DNA of 64,000 nucleotides from Octopus vulgaris (lineage: Eukaryota), in contig OX597815.1 of NCBI GenBank assembly GCA_951406725.2, positions 148,490,001 to 148,554,000 of the forward strand, given 5' to 3'. This document shows positions 29,533 through 45,369 of this stretch, one piece after another. Under the pieces are notes generated by a model. It did not search any database. It worked only from the letters and a program-made list of their open reading frames with translations, and was not told where the DNA came from. The position numbers were made by a program, and so were the translations under genes. Positions within the stretch are counted from its first letter, which is position 1. Every line of letters begins with the position of its first letter.

Positions 29533-30459
29533 GAATTTACAAAGAAATACCAAATGACGAAGGCAGGTGTCTACGAAAAAATGGAATTAAATATTCTGGC
29601 ATGCATCAATAAGTTACTCAGTATTAAAAGGGTTTGGTAACCAATATTCAACAATAAGATATCAGAAAATGTAAGAATACAGGGTCCTGGTATATCCTCA
29701 TGGCTGACAAGTAAATCCAAATAACCTTTCATAGAACTTGATAGAAATTCAGAGTATAGTGAGAATTACATATTATACACACACACACACATACACACAT
29801 GTATCACCAATGTATAGAGTACATTATTGTACATCTTACTTTAACGGAGCATTAAACTCTATGCGTGTTCTTCTGTTCGTGTGTGCGTGTGTGCATGTGG
29901 TTTGAGCATGTGTATTTAGGTTCATATACTATGCGTGTTGCGGATCCGTAAACATTTAATCAGAAGTCTACATAATAAATGGCAGTATTTTTTTCTCAAT
30001 CTGAAAAATACATAAACTAGAACTTTTCTTTATTGATTTCCTCATATTGTTTAACCGAAACTCTTGTCTTATACAGAACATTTGCGCTATAATCTTACTT
30101 TTAGCACTAATACAGTTTCGAGTTTAGTAATTTTGATATTTCGATGTAATCCATATGTTGCTTTAAAGCATCACGTCAACGAAATCATTAGGTCAACAAT
30201 AAAGTGTTAACTTTGAGCTGATTTCCGAATGACTATATCTGTTATATTTATCTTTCTTGCTGATTGTATATTTCAAATCAGTTTGAATCTTGTAAGTTGA
30301 TCGCTCTGCATCGATCGATCGTTGCTGAAATTCCAATAAAATTGTTCTGGAGGGAATACACAAGCGTAAGACTGAGGCGGCTTTTTTTATGATTTCTACG
30401 GCATAGATTCGGTTAAGATACATTCATAACTGAAAAATAATCGATTGAATACGCATGCA

Positions 30460-30510
<51 letters not shown>

Positions 30511-30512
30511 GT

Positions 30513-30559
<47 letters not shown>

Positions 30560-30609
30560 TGTATATATGTATGCACATATATACATATATGTATGTATAT
30601 GCATGTATA

Positions 30610-30653
<44 letters not shown>

Positions 30654-30685
30654 TATATGCATGCAGCCCCCCACATATATATCTA

Positions 30686-30915
30686 TAGTGAGAATCTACA
30701 AAAAAACAAAAGATGAAGACGGGTGTGTAACCAACATTCAGACATATTAAATTAACGCTCGGAAATTGAGAAAGTCTTTTACGTTTCGAGCTTATGCTCT
30801 TCAACAGAACGGAACACAGAAATAAACAGAGGGAGAAAGTAGAAAATGGAAAGAAAGTAGAAAACAGAAAAAATAGAAAAAAGTCTTGTGGCTAACGGTC
30901 TATCATGGCGAAAGT
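30686..30915 (-). mobile_element. Penelope-like pLTR fragment with degenerate HHR (30775-30810)
   Basis: Minus: CTGTTGA-A-GAGC ataa GCTC-GAA-ACGT-A^-AAAGAC; core has A6>U and stem I is weak. Confidence 0.55.
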
Positions 30916-33779
30916 GCGTGTGTGTATGTGTGTGTGTGTGCGTGCTTCATGATGAAGTATTTGCTTAATTGTACCTTCACGGAAGCTAGCAAACCTCAGC
31001 AGATTTGATATATTTGATGTGTGTGAGCTTCTGTTTTTGTCCCCCACCTCATCATTATTGCTTGACAACCGACGTTGGTTTATTATTGGAATAACGTACT
31101 TAGACGACTATTCTAAAAATAACCAACTCTTTTGAAGTAAATGTCCGTAACAAATATTGTTAATTTATTTTTTGCTTCTTGCTTATACCTCCGATAAATT
31201 TTCGTTCTAAAATACAGCAAACCCAAGAAATAGCATCAGATTGTTACTGTTAGTTGCATTATCTTGTACATATAATATTTTATAACTCCGTCGTTACTTA
31301 TTGATGCGAATGCGTACGCATAATTTGTCTTGCTGAAATCAATAGTACTCCACGGAGAAAATTACGAAACAGCTGTAATCAAATGGAAATCAAACGGAAA
31401 AATATTTTTGTATCTCATACACGATTTTATATTGTATTCACACCTCATGAAAAACATTTGCTACTTGTATTTCCTATATTGTCTGCTACACAGAAAAATT
31501 GCATTACACGATGTATTACTACATTAAGTGATAAATGTTTCCGAATGGAGAGTTTATCATGAAAGCCATCTCTTTGTCTTAATCCACATTTTCAACCCTT
31601 GTTATAAGCGCATGTGTGCGCGCGTGGATGTGCGTGTATGCTGATGTATGCCATTACCATTCATGTTAATATGCAATAATATGTAGTGTATCAAACGTAA
31701 ATATTTAATTTCAATCACATTTTTTATTTGATTATGATAATAAATCAAGTCTTGCCTCCAGAAATAACTACAGGTGTAAAATTTGATGAAATGGGAACAA
31801 GTAATATAAATATTGCGTATATTATTATCTCGTTAAAAGAAAATGCGTTTTCGTAGATGTTATGTGATTTGGGGTGAAAAATATCACTATTAAGTATTTC
31901 ACTTCTTTCCATGTTTTATAAGAATAACAATGCGGCATGTGTAATTACATTTTCCTTTTTAGATTTTTGGATTTTAAAGTAGATATAAGTTTTGCTGATT
32001 AAAGATAGTAACATCTGTAAAAGAGGTGAGAATATGATAATAAGAGATCAATTACACATCAACTAATTTGAATTTCTGGAAACTTTGCAAAATTCTTCGC
32101 AGTGCAAAATATTGGATCTAATTGTGATTCATCTTCGAATATGGATGTATATAAGCCGCATATCAATATTCTGAACAGTACGAAATAATCTGTAATATTT
32201 ATCTTTAAAATACGTATTTTATTGCCACACAGGATATGAGAAAATATAAAAACATTATAAAAAGCAACAGAGAATATAAGGGTTGAGGAAATACATGAGA
32301 AATGTTAACAACGAATTACTATCAAACCTTAGAATAATACACAATCTCACACAGGAAATGCATTACGATGGATATATGTAAATATATGACTGTGCACTAT
32401 ATATTGCTACAGCAAATGCTAATACACTGAAGGCACAGTTTTTGCTTAATCTCGCATCGTTGAGTAAGGGACTTATCGATGTGTGAAATTTGTTGGTTTA
32501 TTAAAAACCGTTGAACAATATAGTGTTAGAATAATGTAAGATACAGTGAAATTGTGAACAAGTTTATGTTCTTAGCTAATAAATCGAGATTTTATTCACA
32601 CTGAAATTATTGCTGAGATATCCTTACAGTTATATAGAAGTGTTATATTTGGTGCAAATCCCGAGAGCACTTTAAAGTATAATAGGTTATTTTTGCAAGT
32701 GGGTGATATATTATATTACGAAATCTGCGATATATATTGTACTATTGCGGAAATTAGTTTTCGTATATAATAAAACCAAATGAAATATTAATATTCGACA
32801 CGTATATGGAAATATTTTAGGAGCATCTGAACAAGTTAGATTTATGCAGCAGAGGATAAAAGGTAAATGAAAGAGCAAAAGGTTAAGAATTAGTCGTGGA
32901 AATTATGCATTTGTTCAAAGTAAAAATAGTGAATTCTTTGCATCTAACTATAAGTATCTCAGATACTGAGTGCAATGGATAACGGGTAAAATAAAATTAT
33001 AAAAAGACGTTTCAAGTCACTCGTAATAATTCGAAGATTTTGTCGCTAAAAGTAATATAAAATTTCAAGAATGTGTTTACATTTCCATCAAATGTGTACA
33101 TTGAATTTTTGCAGATGTAAGTTAACAAAATTCAAGTGGTAACTAATATAATTTCTCGAGTGAATGTTTGACAATCTGGATTAAGTGAGATGTGTGTGCT
33201 TGTTGCGAGAAACGGTAGTCATTTAGGATCACACATATCAAGTTTCAAACCCGAGTAATGTTTTCTCTTGATATTCTTCAAACGGGATTTAATTTTCTCT
33301 TTTGATATCCTTTCTCTGCTTTATGTAGCATACAGCACTAAAACTACTTTCATGCAAATATTAAAATGAAAACTACATGACAATTTACCCGTTAGTCGAC
33401 ACAAATATGGTTTTTATTCCGTTCCCTTTACAAAGAAACATTATTGTACAATTTCTGTATTTTAATATTGACTTAGTATTCTAATACATTATTTATAATT
33501 TTGTCCGGATGTGTAATATACTATTTGGAAGAGGAAAACAAATATACTTTACATTAGCGGTCAGTGTCTTTTTTTCTTCATGAATTACAATGGGGTAAAC
33601 AATATAAGAAGCTACCACGCCCTAATTGAGGACATATAACACGGGATAATTTTCTGGCATACTTCCCAGAACATAAAGAGGAACAAGAAGAAAAACAAGA
33701 AAGACATAAAGAATTTGAATTTACTTATTTTATAAATTCAACTCTTTCAAATATGTTTCTTTCTTTTGCTTTTTTTATT

Positions 33780-34236
<457 letters not shown>

Positions 34237-34869
34237 AAATATCTCACACAAGTTTCGCCTTCAAGCATTAAATTGACTTTATTTCACATTTTAATCCTTA
34301 AAAACTACACATATATCCGTAAACGCTTTGGGGCAATTTCATTGAATATTTATATACATTTGGAATAATAATCATATTTAAACATTAACTTATCCTCACT
34401 AAAACTGTTTTAAGTGATCCCTATCTTTTGACCAAATAATATTGATGTAATTATTGCTGACCTGTATATGTATTTTACATCGATTGATTTGAAGTAATTT
34501 ACATGTTAATGTAATATGCTCACTTGAGCAATATATCACGCTTGAACCAAGCCTTCTTTTTTTATAGAAGATTTGTCCATTGCTGTTGAAAATTACTTTC
34601 GACTTCATAAGCAACTCGTTGATGACGTGAAAGAGTATTATCTGTTAATGGCATAATATTAATGACTTTTAATTTTCGTAGTATAGTTAATAATGGTAAG
34701 CTTTGGTAATGGAGCATTTTTATGAGCAAAAGAATTGCTGCGTAAGGAAAGGAAAAGGACATTTGGGCGAATTTTGATAAAGCGCACTGGTTTGATTTTT
34801 ATCTATTTTCAAATATCTTTCGTCGTGATTTAAATATCATTCTAAAGTTTAATGCTACAAAAACCCCGA

Positions 34870-35370
34870 TGATATCGACTTTCATTTTATCTTTTGTGGG
34901 CCGATAAAATGATACTATTCGAATAATAGCATCGGCGTAATCGATGTTATCCCTACCAAGGAATTAATGGCCCTGTGTCAAAATTTTGGGAGCTGGTAGA
35001 ATCGCTAGCATGTCGGGTAGAATGCTTTGCGGCATTTCGTCCGTTTTCACGTTCTAAGTTCTAAGTTTCACGTTCCAAGTTCTAAGGGCGCCGAGATCGA
35101 CTTTGCCATTCATGCTTTCGGGTTCGATAATATACGTAGCAGTTGAGCAGTGGGGGGTCAATGCAACCGATTTACCCTATACCATTGCCTTGTGCCGAAG
35201 TTTGAAAGCACTTCTTAACGCTAAAAATAGCGGCAAACCCACAGAATTGTCATCACACGGGACAAAATCTTAGCGGCACTTCTACTCTTTTTTCGTTCCG
35301 AATTCAAATTCCGCCTTTATTGACATTCGATCTCACATTTACGGGGTCGTTGAATATGTAATAGTTGAAT
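34870..35370 (+). mobile_element. Cluster of about three degraded Nin/Deu-like SINE copies
   Basis: TCGACTTT..CAT..GG..CGATAA core and GCGGCA(T/C)TTC..TTTCACGTTC segments recur. Confidence 0.6.
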
Positions 35371-35474
35371 ACTTGTCCGAGGTTCGAAACCGCTGACCTT
35401 CTTTCAATACACCCAGTGTTTTATATACATGAATAACGGGGTTTCATTGCGATTATCATAAAGAAACTTATGTT

Positions 35475-35615
35475 TATTGTTTACTTTATTTATATTAGAC
35501 GGATATTTGTCTTCATCTTGTTTGTTTTTAACACAACGTTTTGGCTGATATACCCTCCAGCCTTCATCAGGGGAAATTATGAACCTGCGTTCTCATTCCT
35601 AAGGTATTTTTCCAT
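35475..35615 (-). mobile_element. Penelope-like pLTR fragment with mutated HHR (35531-35573)
   Basis: Minus: CTGATGA-A-GGCTG gagggtatat CAGCC-AAAACGTT-GTGT (G12>A, 5' stem I deleted); same family as 40870-41053. Confidence 0.7.
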
Positions 35616-35619
35616 TTTA

Positions 35620-35825
<206 letters not shown>

Positions 35826-36859
35826 AGGCGGCTGGACGTGACAGAGGATGGACGTATTTTTTCGATGCTCTGAACTGGCAAAAGCTAACCCAGCAGGACA
35901 ACTGAAAAAAACAACTGTAGAAAACTGGAAGATCTACTGTTTTCTGTGAGTAATTTGAATTTCCCTCAAAATAAGTTAAGGAACTTACTTATCTACAGCT
36001 CATACAAACGAACACCTAACAAGAAAAATATGAAACATAAATATCTCCAATTTTGTGTGAACATTTAGTCGTTTCTCATGACTATTAGAATGTGTAAAAT
36101 TCCCTTTTAAATTGCCTTTTAGTGTAACAACACAACTAAATGCACGATAAATAATTATGGAAGTAAGCACCTGCTAATATATACATACAACTGAATTCAG
36201 AAATTTATAAAATATATACATACCATTGAATTCAGAAATTTAAAAATATCATCGACGTGAACATCAGATAATATGTGTGTGTGTGAGTATACATATACAT
36301 ATGTATGTGGAAAGGAAGAAAAGAGAAAGGAAAAAAAAATTAAATGTAAACAGGTTTGACCTTTACTGACCATTAATGTCCTTTGTCTATTCGGCTATCT
36401 CTCCACCATCTGCTGAATCTATTTATAGACCCATAGATCATGACCACTTTAACCAACTACTTCCCCACACAATGGCAGTAGTGGTGATGATTGTGAAAAT
36501 GATAGGAACAAAAATACCAATAATAAGATACTGCTGTGACTACACATAAAACAATATCATTGATGATGATGATGGTGATGGTGATGTTGATGATGATGAT
36601 GGTGATGGTGATGATGGTGATAGTAATAACAATAATAACTGAGAAGATTCCTTTTTTTCTTTTTTTTCTCTGTATTTTATTTTATTCTCATTATTTCGAA
36701 CTAATACAGGCAGAGTGAGCCTTTTATAAGTTTAAAAGAGGAAGGGAAAAGAAGGAGGGAAAAAGGGGAAGAAGGATAAAGAATGAAAGAGAGAGGAAAA
36801 AAGGAAGAGAAGAAAAAAATGTTCGGAGATAAATCTATCAACAAAAAAATACAGACGAA

Positions 36860-39800
36860 TATAGATCTGTTAGCCTTAAGAAGCTGCGCTACGAGCAATG
36901 CTTACGTGTAGAGGACCCTAAACTGACAGATCCATCTCCTAATGTAAGAATGGAAGCTCGTCATGCTTCAATGTCAACAAATCAAACTATAAACCGCATT
37001 GGTCGTCGCGCGGATTACAAAAGACCACGTACCCGAAAATTGAACCAAATTCTGATTGAAAAATCAGCTACTGGATCGAATCTTCCTAACACACAGGAGC
37101 TGGACGTACCCCACAACTGGAATATTCGAACAGATGGCCATCCATGCTCGTCACCAAATAATCAAAAGAAAAAGAAGGAAAAATTGTCTAGGGAAGATAA
37201 TAAAGAAGTTCTTTCGGCCTTCTACCATACCATATATTTCCCCACAGATAAATCTAACACTGTACAACCATACCTAAACTGGAGACAGAAACACCCTGAA
37301 GTAAGACCCTACATAGACAGTAACAAACTTGCCAACGTCAGAAGAAACATTATAAAAAAAAAATTACTGACTGAAGTAGAGATTGATCAAGTTAGACAAG
37401 CAATATCGGATAAAATGAACGAAGCTGCAGCTAGAGAAGATAATACAGAGGAATTAATTATAGACCAGCCCAGGGCTGATAAAAACGAAGTAAGGTTTGA
37501 AAGAGTTAGTATAACTGATAGGCAAAGTGAAATTCCCCCTGAACCAATCATAAACACTAAGACAGATAAACAATAGACAAAGAAAGTAACACAAATATTA
37601 ACCCAACAGAACTACATGAGCTAAAAAATCAAATCATGATTGAATGGCTGAAAATTAAAGAAACCAGCATGGATGAACGTGATACACTCCCTAAAATCCG
37701 AAACTCTAACCAAAACATGAAAATAATTAGTAAAATCCGGCTTGCACTTAAGGATAGAATTTCAGCTAATGATGTTGATATCACAAATCTCAACCACCTA
37801 TACTATGCATCTGCGAAAATCTCAACGATCCTATGTGGTGTAAAGATTAGAAAACGGCAACATTCCCACAAAAAGCCTTCTTGGCAAGAGCGTTTGCAAC
37901 AACAAATTAAACTATTTAGATCTGACATTGAATATTTGAAAAACCTTAAGGTTCACAAGACTACCAAACCAACAAAACCCCCAAAATTACTGAAAAAATA
38001 CAATATAAAAACTATACTTGATATTGATGCCACCATAGAAACCCTCAAACAAAGGGTATCTGCCAAAGCTGCCTGGATAGCGAGGTATGAAAAACGTGTT
38101 AGATTTTTCAAGGACAACAACATGTTAAAAAATAACCCCATGAATTTTTACAGGAAGATAGGAAAAACAGCGTTTACTGCAAGGTCTGTACCATCAAAAG
38201 AAGAAGTGCAGGGATTTTGGAATAAAATTTGGGCAGAAGAAAAAACACACAACGAAAAGTCCCTCTGGATTGACAGAATATCTACAGAACTGGACCCCTT
38301 AGAAGAGCAAAAGTGGGAGGGTGTCAAGGTAGAGAATATAAGATCTGCTCTCAGGAGGTCAAATGGAAGTCTCCTGGAAAGGATAAAATTCCTAACTTTT
38401 GGCTGAATGCCTTCCCATAGAGCCATGAACTGCTAACAGAACTGTACAATGATGTTTTGCAACACCCTAGTAGGATGCCTCCTTGGCTAGTTAATGGGTT
38501 AACATTCTTGCTTCCAAAAAGTGAAAAAACAAATGAACCAAAAAACTATAGACCCATAACCTGCTTAACAACTATGTATAAAACGTTAACATCTGTCCTG
38601 ACGGAATATACTTGTAGTTTTTTAACAGACAGCAGCATATTCCCTAATGAACAGAAAGGATGTAAACGTGGAGCCTACGGCTGTAAAGATCAACTACTCA
38701 TCAATAAGATGATCTTAGAAGATTGTCACAAACGACACAAAAACTTATCAATAGCCAGGATAGACTAAAAAAAGGCTTTTGATAGCCTACCACATAGCTG
38801 GATTAGGAAATGCCTGGAAATGTATAAGATAGCACCTTCTCTTCGAAACTTTTTGACTGTAAGTATGAGATCATGGAGAACCACACTAACTCTTAACAGT
38901 GACAATGAATCCCTAAATGCTGGTGATGTAAAAATTTCATGTGGCATTTTCCAGGGCGATTCACTGTTACCACTCCTCTTTTGTTTAGCCTTGATACCTC
39001 TCTCAAAACTGCTCAATGACGCGCAGTACTGGTATAAAATGTTTGATAAAAATATAAATCATCTCATTTACATGGATGATTTAAAGCTTTTTGCAAAAAA
39101 TGACCAGCAAGTCAAGGGCTTACTAGCGATAGTCAAACAAGTCAGTGACGACATCAGAATGCAAATCGGCCTCGATAAATGTGCAAAATCTACCTTTATC
39201 AAAGGAAACATGACAGAAACATCTAACGTTAACCTTGACCAGCAGAATGTCATAAAAGAACTAGACCCAGCGTAGAACTACAAGTAACTAGGGGTAATTG
39301 AAGGGAACGGAATAAGGCATTCACAGATGAAGGAAAGAATCAGGAGAGAATGTTAACGAAGAGTGAGAGCAATACTCAAGACAGAGCTGAATGCAAGAAA
39401 CAGGATCGAAGCGATCAATGCATTAGCCATAGCAGTCGTGACTTACAGTTTCAATATCGTTAACTGGTCAATTACTGAAATATGTCAGCTTGACAGAAAA
39501 ATAAGAAAACTGTTGACAATGCATATAATGCACCACCCTAAGGCAGATACAGAATGACTTTATCTGCCAAGAAAAGAGGGCGGCCGTGGTCTTTTGCAAA
39601 TGACAATAAAAATGACGATTGCTACAATTGGCCTAGACACCTACCTGAAAAAGTCTGAGGACTGAATGTTAAAACTTGTCTCAAAATATGAAAACAAGAA
39701 AGCATAATACTCAGTAACAAAACAGGCAAAGGAATATCTAAGTGAATTCCGAATACAACAAATTTCGGAATTAGAGATAGACATACAAGAAACAAGCACA

Positions 39801-40829
39801 GAAAAAGCTAGGCGCATGAAAACCCGTACCAAAACTGCGGCCTTAGATATTCTGAATAATAAATGGCAGGAAAAACCTCTCTATGGCAAATACCCAAAGA
39901 GAGCGAATAATGCAGATATTGACAAAGCCCTGACCCATCAATGGCTAATGACCTCTGGCTTAAAATCTGAAGCAGAAGGGTTTATCATACCAGCTAAAGA
40001 TCAATGCCTACCAACAAGAAACTACCAGGCCAACATATTAAAGAACGGCAGTAGCCCAACATGACGTGTATGCCGACAACAAAATGAAACCATTGATCAT
40101 GTTGTCTCCAAATGCAGTCTTCTAGCGCCTACAGAGTACCTCAATAGGCATGATAGAGCAGCACAATATATTCACTGGATAATTTGCAAAAACCTGGATT
40201 TGCCCCATGAAAAAATACTGGTGGGAACAGAATCCACCTCCATTGCTTGAAAATGACCACATCCCACTCCTCTGGAACTTCACCATTCAAACTGACAGAA
40301 AGATAGATGCAAATAGGCCAGACATCATATTGAAAGACTTCAGACAAAGAACATGCCTCCTCATTGATATGACTGTCCCAATCGATATAAACATATCTGT
40401 GAAGACCTACCAAAAACTGAGCAAATATAAAGATCTTGAACTAGAAATCAGCAAAATGTGGAAGCTGAAGACTAAAACAATACCTGTTGTCATAGGTGCC
40501 CTGGGAATGATAGCGAAAGGGACTGATTGCTACCTAACTCAGAGGCCAGGAAACCCCAAAATGGCAGAAATTCAAAAGATAGTGCTCATGGGAACTGCTC
40601 ATATCCTACGCAAAATACTCTCTATGTAATCTCAAGGTTTAAAACAAACTTTTTTTTATTGTTTTAAAAATTTATTTATTAGACATTCACTAGTACAACA
40701 CAAAATAAACCAAATATATGGCACACTAGGCATAACACCAACGTGAACTTCCAATCTGTTGTATCTTGAGGTCTCTGGGTGAGACTTGGAGACAACTTGT
40801 ACAAACATAGAGCAAAAGTCAAACATAGA
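36860..40829 (+). mobile_element. Near full-length decayed R4/Dong retrotransposon (single ORF broken by many stops and frameshifts)
   Basis: KKPSWQERL, NYRPITCL, EQKGC, GIFQGDSL, HLIYMDDLKL, CCHC knuckle, RPDIILKD..KYKDL, GTAHILRKILSM*, 3' UTR, (TAA)n; 5' boundary approximate. Confidence 0.92.
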
Positions 40830-40869
40830 ATAATAATAATAATAATATTAATAATGATAATAACAGCAG

Positions 40870-41053
40870 CATCGAAAAATACAATAGGAATGAGAACCCA
40901 GGTTTGAAATTTCCCCAAGGCACCTGATGAAAGGCTGGAGGATAAATCAGCCGAGACGTTGTGTTAACAACAAGCTTGATTAGGACAAATATCCGTCAAA
41001 TGTAAATAATATAAATAATGTACATAATTCCTCATCTCTTGAATATAGAACTG
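40870..41053 (+). mobile_element. Penelope-like pLTR with minimal HHR (40919-40965)
   Basis: GCAC-CTGATGA-AA-GGCTG gaggataaat CAGCC-GAGACGTT^-GTGT (A14>G); 3' end TCATCTCTT.AATATAGAACT also at ~22945. Confidence 0.72.
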
Positions 41054-42424
41054 GTCTAGTCATGGATCATACACAGTTGACATCATAAAGAAACATGTAC
41101 AAGTTCACGTTCACTAAGGAGATACCCAAACGTCGAATGTGCCGGTATTTTTTTCTTGTAAAACACGTTTCCTTCACAGAATTAATATCTGAAAAGAGAG
41201 AACTGTAAGAGAAAGTAAAGGCAAATGTGTTACTAAGTGAAAGAATATTTTGTATATGATTTGTATTCCTGTTATTTTCCTTGTTTCACCACAATTTGTT
41301 GAATATATCTTTTTCTCTCTCTATCTCTTGCATTGTTTTGTATAATGTAAGCGTAGATGTTGCTACTACAAATAACAATCTTTCTCGTGCTGTACATAAC
41401 AGCATTCCGAAAATGATTGTTAGGAGGTCTTTGTTTTATTCTTCCCAACATTTATACATCAATATACATGAAAATGATTGAAGCACATCAGTTTAAAGAA
41501 ATATATTTTCCCTGTTGAAATAAAAATTATTCGATGCATAGACCTCTCTCACCTGCCCAGCATATTAAACCTTTTTCGTTTTTCCTTGTTATATGTGTAT
41601 ATTTTAACAATCACATCTCTCCATAGATTATTTCTTGCTAGCGCCGACTAATACGTGTTACCTCAAATTCTGGAGTTTATGAAGTTAGGTAATAGATTAA
41701 AGCAGCGTTGGTCCAGTTTTAGCGACATCGTTATTACCATGTAATCGAGATAAAATACAAGTGCTTTGAAAATAAGTGCTTTGAAAATGTCACAATCCTA
41801 TGGTTCCAATCCTGATTTTGAATTGTATTTCAGTAATCTGCTAATTTTACAAGCAATTACATGAAATTGTGGACACAGCATTCACTTTCTGTATTCTATT
41901 TATTGCGGAATATTCCAATAAAGTTAAACGAGGTGTGATTGTTCAATATGGTTATAACCTGTTTCTTATAAATATGTGACCTTAACCGCGTGGAAAGAAT
42001 ATTTATATTTACGGCAGTATCCTTAAAATGATTTAAAATCGTGGAGCACTGAATATTCAGATAAAATTGAGCTGTGAATATTCAGATAGAATGCATATCC
42101 CATTTAGTGGAGATGACATCAGAAAGGAATTGCTTGAGACTCAATAACGCTGTATAATTCATACGAGAGAATAGAATTATTTTTCTTCTTCATGTCAAAC
42201 GTTATAAAGCAATAAGTTCGAACATGAATATTATTCTTCCATAATGCACACAATTTAAATTGCATTTCTGCTAGTGCAACAGATTTCAAGTGTCTCATCG
42301 GAAATGTTCTTATTCAATAAAGTTAAGTGTGTAGCACTTAAGACTGAATTCTATTCCAGCAATGATTTCCAATTGCTTAAAGAAAATAACTAATAAATAT
42401 ATACATACATACATACATAAATAC

Positions 42425-42513
<89 letters not shown>

Positions 42514-43316
42514 TATATATACCTGGAAAACAATAAGTAGAAAGACAGGAGTTAAATAATTAAAATACCTACATAACTTTACAAAGAATCTACGAATTGT
42601 GAAATTAACATAACTGTATGCATTTGTTCAATGAGTTAAGGGAAACATGTTTACCGCAAAGTAAAAGGGAAAATGTTCCAGCACGATTTACTTGGGTAAA
42701 AAAATTTTACTAAAAATACACAAAATCAATAATAAATACACAAAATCAAAAATATTTGTAGCCTGAAATATTGTTTGTAGGAAACTAGTACATATGAAAT
42801 TATTTATAATATATAAATAACCCATGTAGAGATTTTTTGTTTAAACAATGATAATTATCATTCAGCAAGATCCGGCGACATTATGTTTATCCCATCATTG
42901 AATAACACATATTCAGGCTATATAGTTATTAATTTAGAATAAGCCCTGAATTACAAATAGAATCATAATGTTCAAACGTAAATATACTCCACATACAATT
43001 ACTCGTGGCCTTCGATATGTAATGCGGGACGAGAAAACTCTCTTGGAAACGGAAATAACATGAAACCTTCGTTATACTATAATATCAATATATGCATATC
43101 GATCGATATCCATCAATCGTCCGCCCGTCTGTCTGTCTACCTGTCTGTTTATATTTGTATGTATGTGTGTATGTATGTATGTATGTATGTATGTATGTAT
43201 ACATGTATATATGTATACATGTATGTATGCATGCATCTATGTATCTATCTATTTATCTCTCTAATTGCTCTCTATCCGTCTGCCTCAATAATTGTATATA
43301 CATATATACATAATTG

Positions 43317-43622
<306 letters not shown>

Positions 43623-43805
43623 TTAATGCATGGACGCTACATATTCGGATAGCCTCATAATGATATAGGTCATAACTGTTAGAAATGTCTTCATTAGCAG
43701 ATCAGTTGGAAATTCTTAGAGAATTACCTGTGTCTATACAATTAAGTGAATTACACACGCACACCGATACACACACACACACACATATAATTACACATGC
43801 ACACT

Positions 43806-43837
<32 letters not shown>

Positions 43838-43900
43838 TATATATATATACATGTATGTATATATGTATTCATGTATGTAGGTATATATATATATATATTA

Positions 43901-44608
43901 AAATAATGAAGGAGATAATTTGAATATTAATTTAATTAATATCAATTTAAAACCAGTAGCCTATCATATAAAAAATCAGAACAATCAGAAAAAATTCTAT
44001 ACATGTGTATATTTAGGGTTAAATCAATAACTCTGCGCTAGAGGAAGATCCCATACGATCTAACTACAAAGAAAGAATGTCCTCCAGATAAAATTCAGTG
44101 AACACCAGAACATAGGCGGGCAAGACAGATGAAAGTTATATAAAAATCAAGAATGAATCGTACACCGGTTTCGTCTATTACCGAATAAATTAATTACGTA
44201 ATCCTTCGTCCGCAGACTCGTCACTACGATCGTTCCAATTTAATATAATTTGCAAAACTAAACACTAGCTGTCCACATAGAACTAGACACGTGCTTAGTT
44301 CTATAGATTACATTGTTTGTTATTTTCAAATGTCCAAGTTTCGGAGCGCTAAATTCCGGAAACAGTTCTGCAGCAGATAATTTACTGCAGTTAATGTTGC
44401 CAATTAGAGAACATAAATATTTTAACATTTAAATAATGAAGGAGGTAAATTGTATATTAATTTAAATAATATCAATTTAAAACCAGTAGCCAAGCATATA
44501 AAATATCTGAAAAATCAGAAAAAATTCAATACATGGGTATATTTAGGGCTAAACATCTAGGTGGATAACCATACGTTAGAGGAAGATCACATACGATCAA
44601 ACTATAAA
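43901..44608 (-). mobile_element. Retrozyme/Penelope-like 1.3-mer: 530-bp period, ~170-bp terminal direct repeats, one HHR-like motif
   Basis: 43901-44070 repeats at 44431-44608; HHR-like motif at 44157-44230. Confidence 0.7.
44157..44230 (-). ncRNA. Hammerhead-like motif with G3 and G17 substitutions
   Basis: Minus: ATCGTA-GTGACGA-GTCT(37 nt)AGAC-GAA-ACCGGT-G-TACGAT; perfect 6-bp stem I. Confidence 0.65.
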
Positions 44609-44609
44609 T

Positions 44610-45280
44610 CCTGCAAACTCTTCTTCAATTTCACTCTGAGGCAATACATAGATAGTGTCGCAGTCCTTGCAATAGGTCCGCAACAACACCGTTCTCTCGT
44701 CAAGGTTTTTTAACCACTCCTTGAGGGGGGGGGGTCACAATTCACCACTCTAAAGCTTTCTTACATTGGTTGCCATGAATAAAATAAATTAAAATATAAA
44801 AGTCCACAACGAAATCAAAAATGTTCTAATAGAAATCCCTAATGCAAACACAAAAAAAGCAGAAAGTCAGACAAGAGAAAAAGAACAAAAGAAGACAGTT
44901 TAAATGGCAACAAAATTCAAATCTGGTAATGCTTTGTAGCACAGTTAAAAATCCATTGCAGCACAAAAATTTCTGGTTGTACTCCAAATGGTAAAATTCT
45001 GGTTGTACTCCAATTCATAAAATCCTCGAAAAGCACACAGTCACATAAAATCATAAAATTTCGGAAGCACATACCTCCCGAAAACACACACAATTCTCAC
45101 TAAAGAAACAAATGTCTAGAACACAGTGGAGACCCTTGTTCGAAAAAAATAATAAGCGTACGGTTAACGGACTCCACTAAGCTCCCAAGAAAACAAATAC
45201 TTTACCCTTAATCGTGCTTCAAATGTACTATTTATCACGTACGGCGTGATTTGACCACGACGAAAAACAACGCGACAACT
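44610..45280 (-). other. Possible 5' UTR/ORF1 remnant of an unclassified retroelement
   Basis: Minus frame ..LKEWLKNLDERTVLLRTYCKDCDTIYVLPQSEIEEEF; tandem AAAATT(T)CTGGTTGTACTCCAA x2; no diagnostic motif. Confidence 0.25.
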
Positions 45281-45325
45281 TGGTAGCAGTAAGCAAGCTA
45301 CTTACTACACAACCACTCCTGCGCC

Positions 45326-45369
<44 letters not shown>

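Noticed and set aside
31330-31385. GAAACAGCTGTA palindromic HHR-like 3' half
   Set aside because: No CUGANGA-like core or stem I upstream.
36860-36950. Possible HDV-like ribozyme at the Dong 5' end
   Set aside because: Known in some RLE elements, but no nested double pseudoknot could be assembled by eye.
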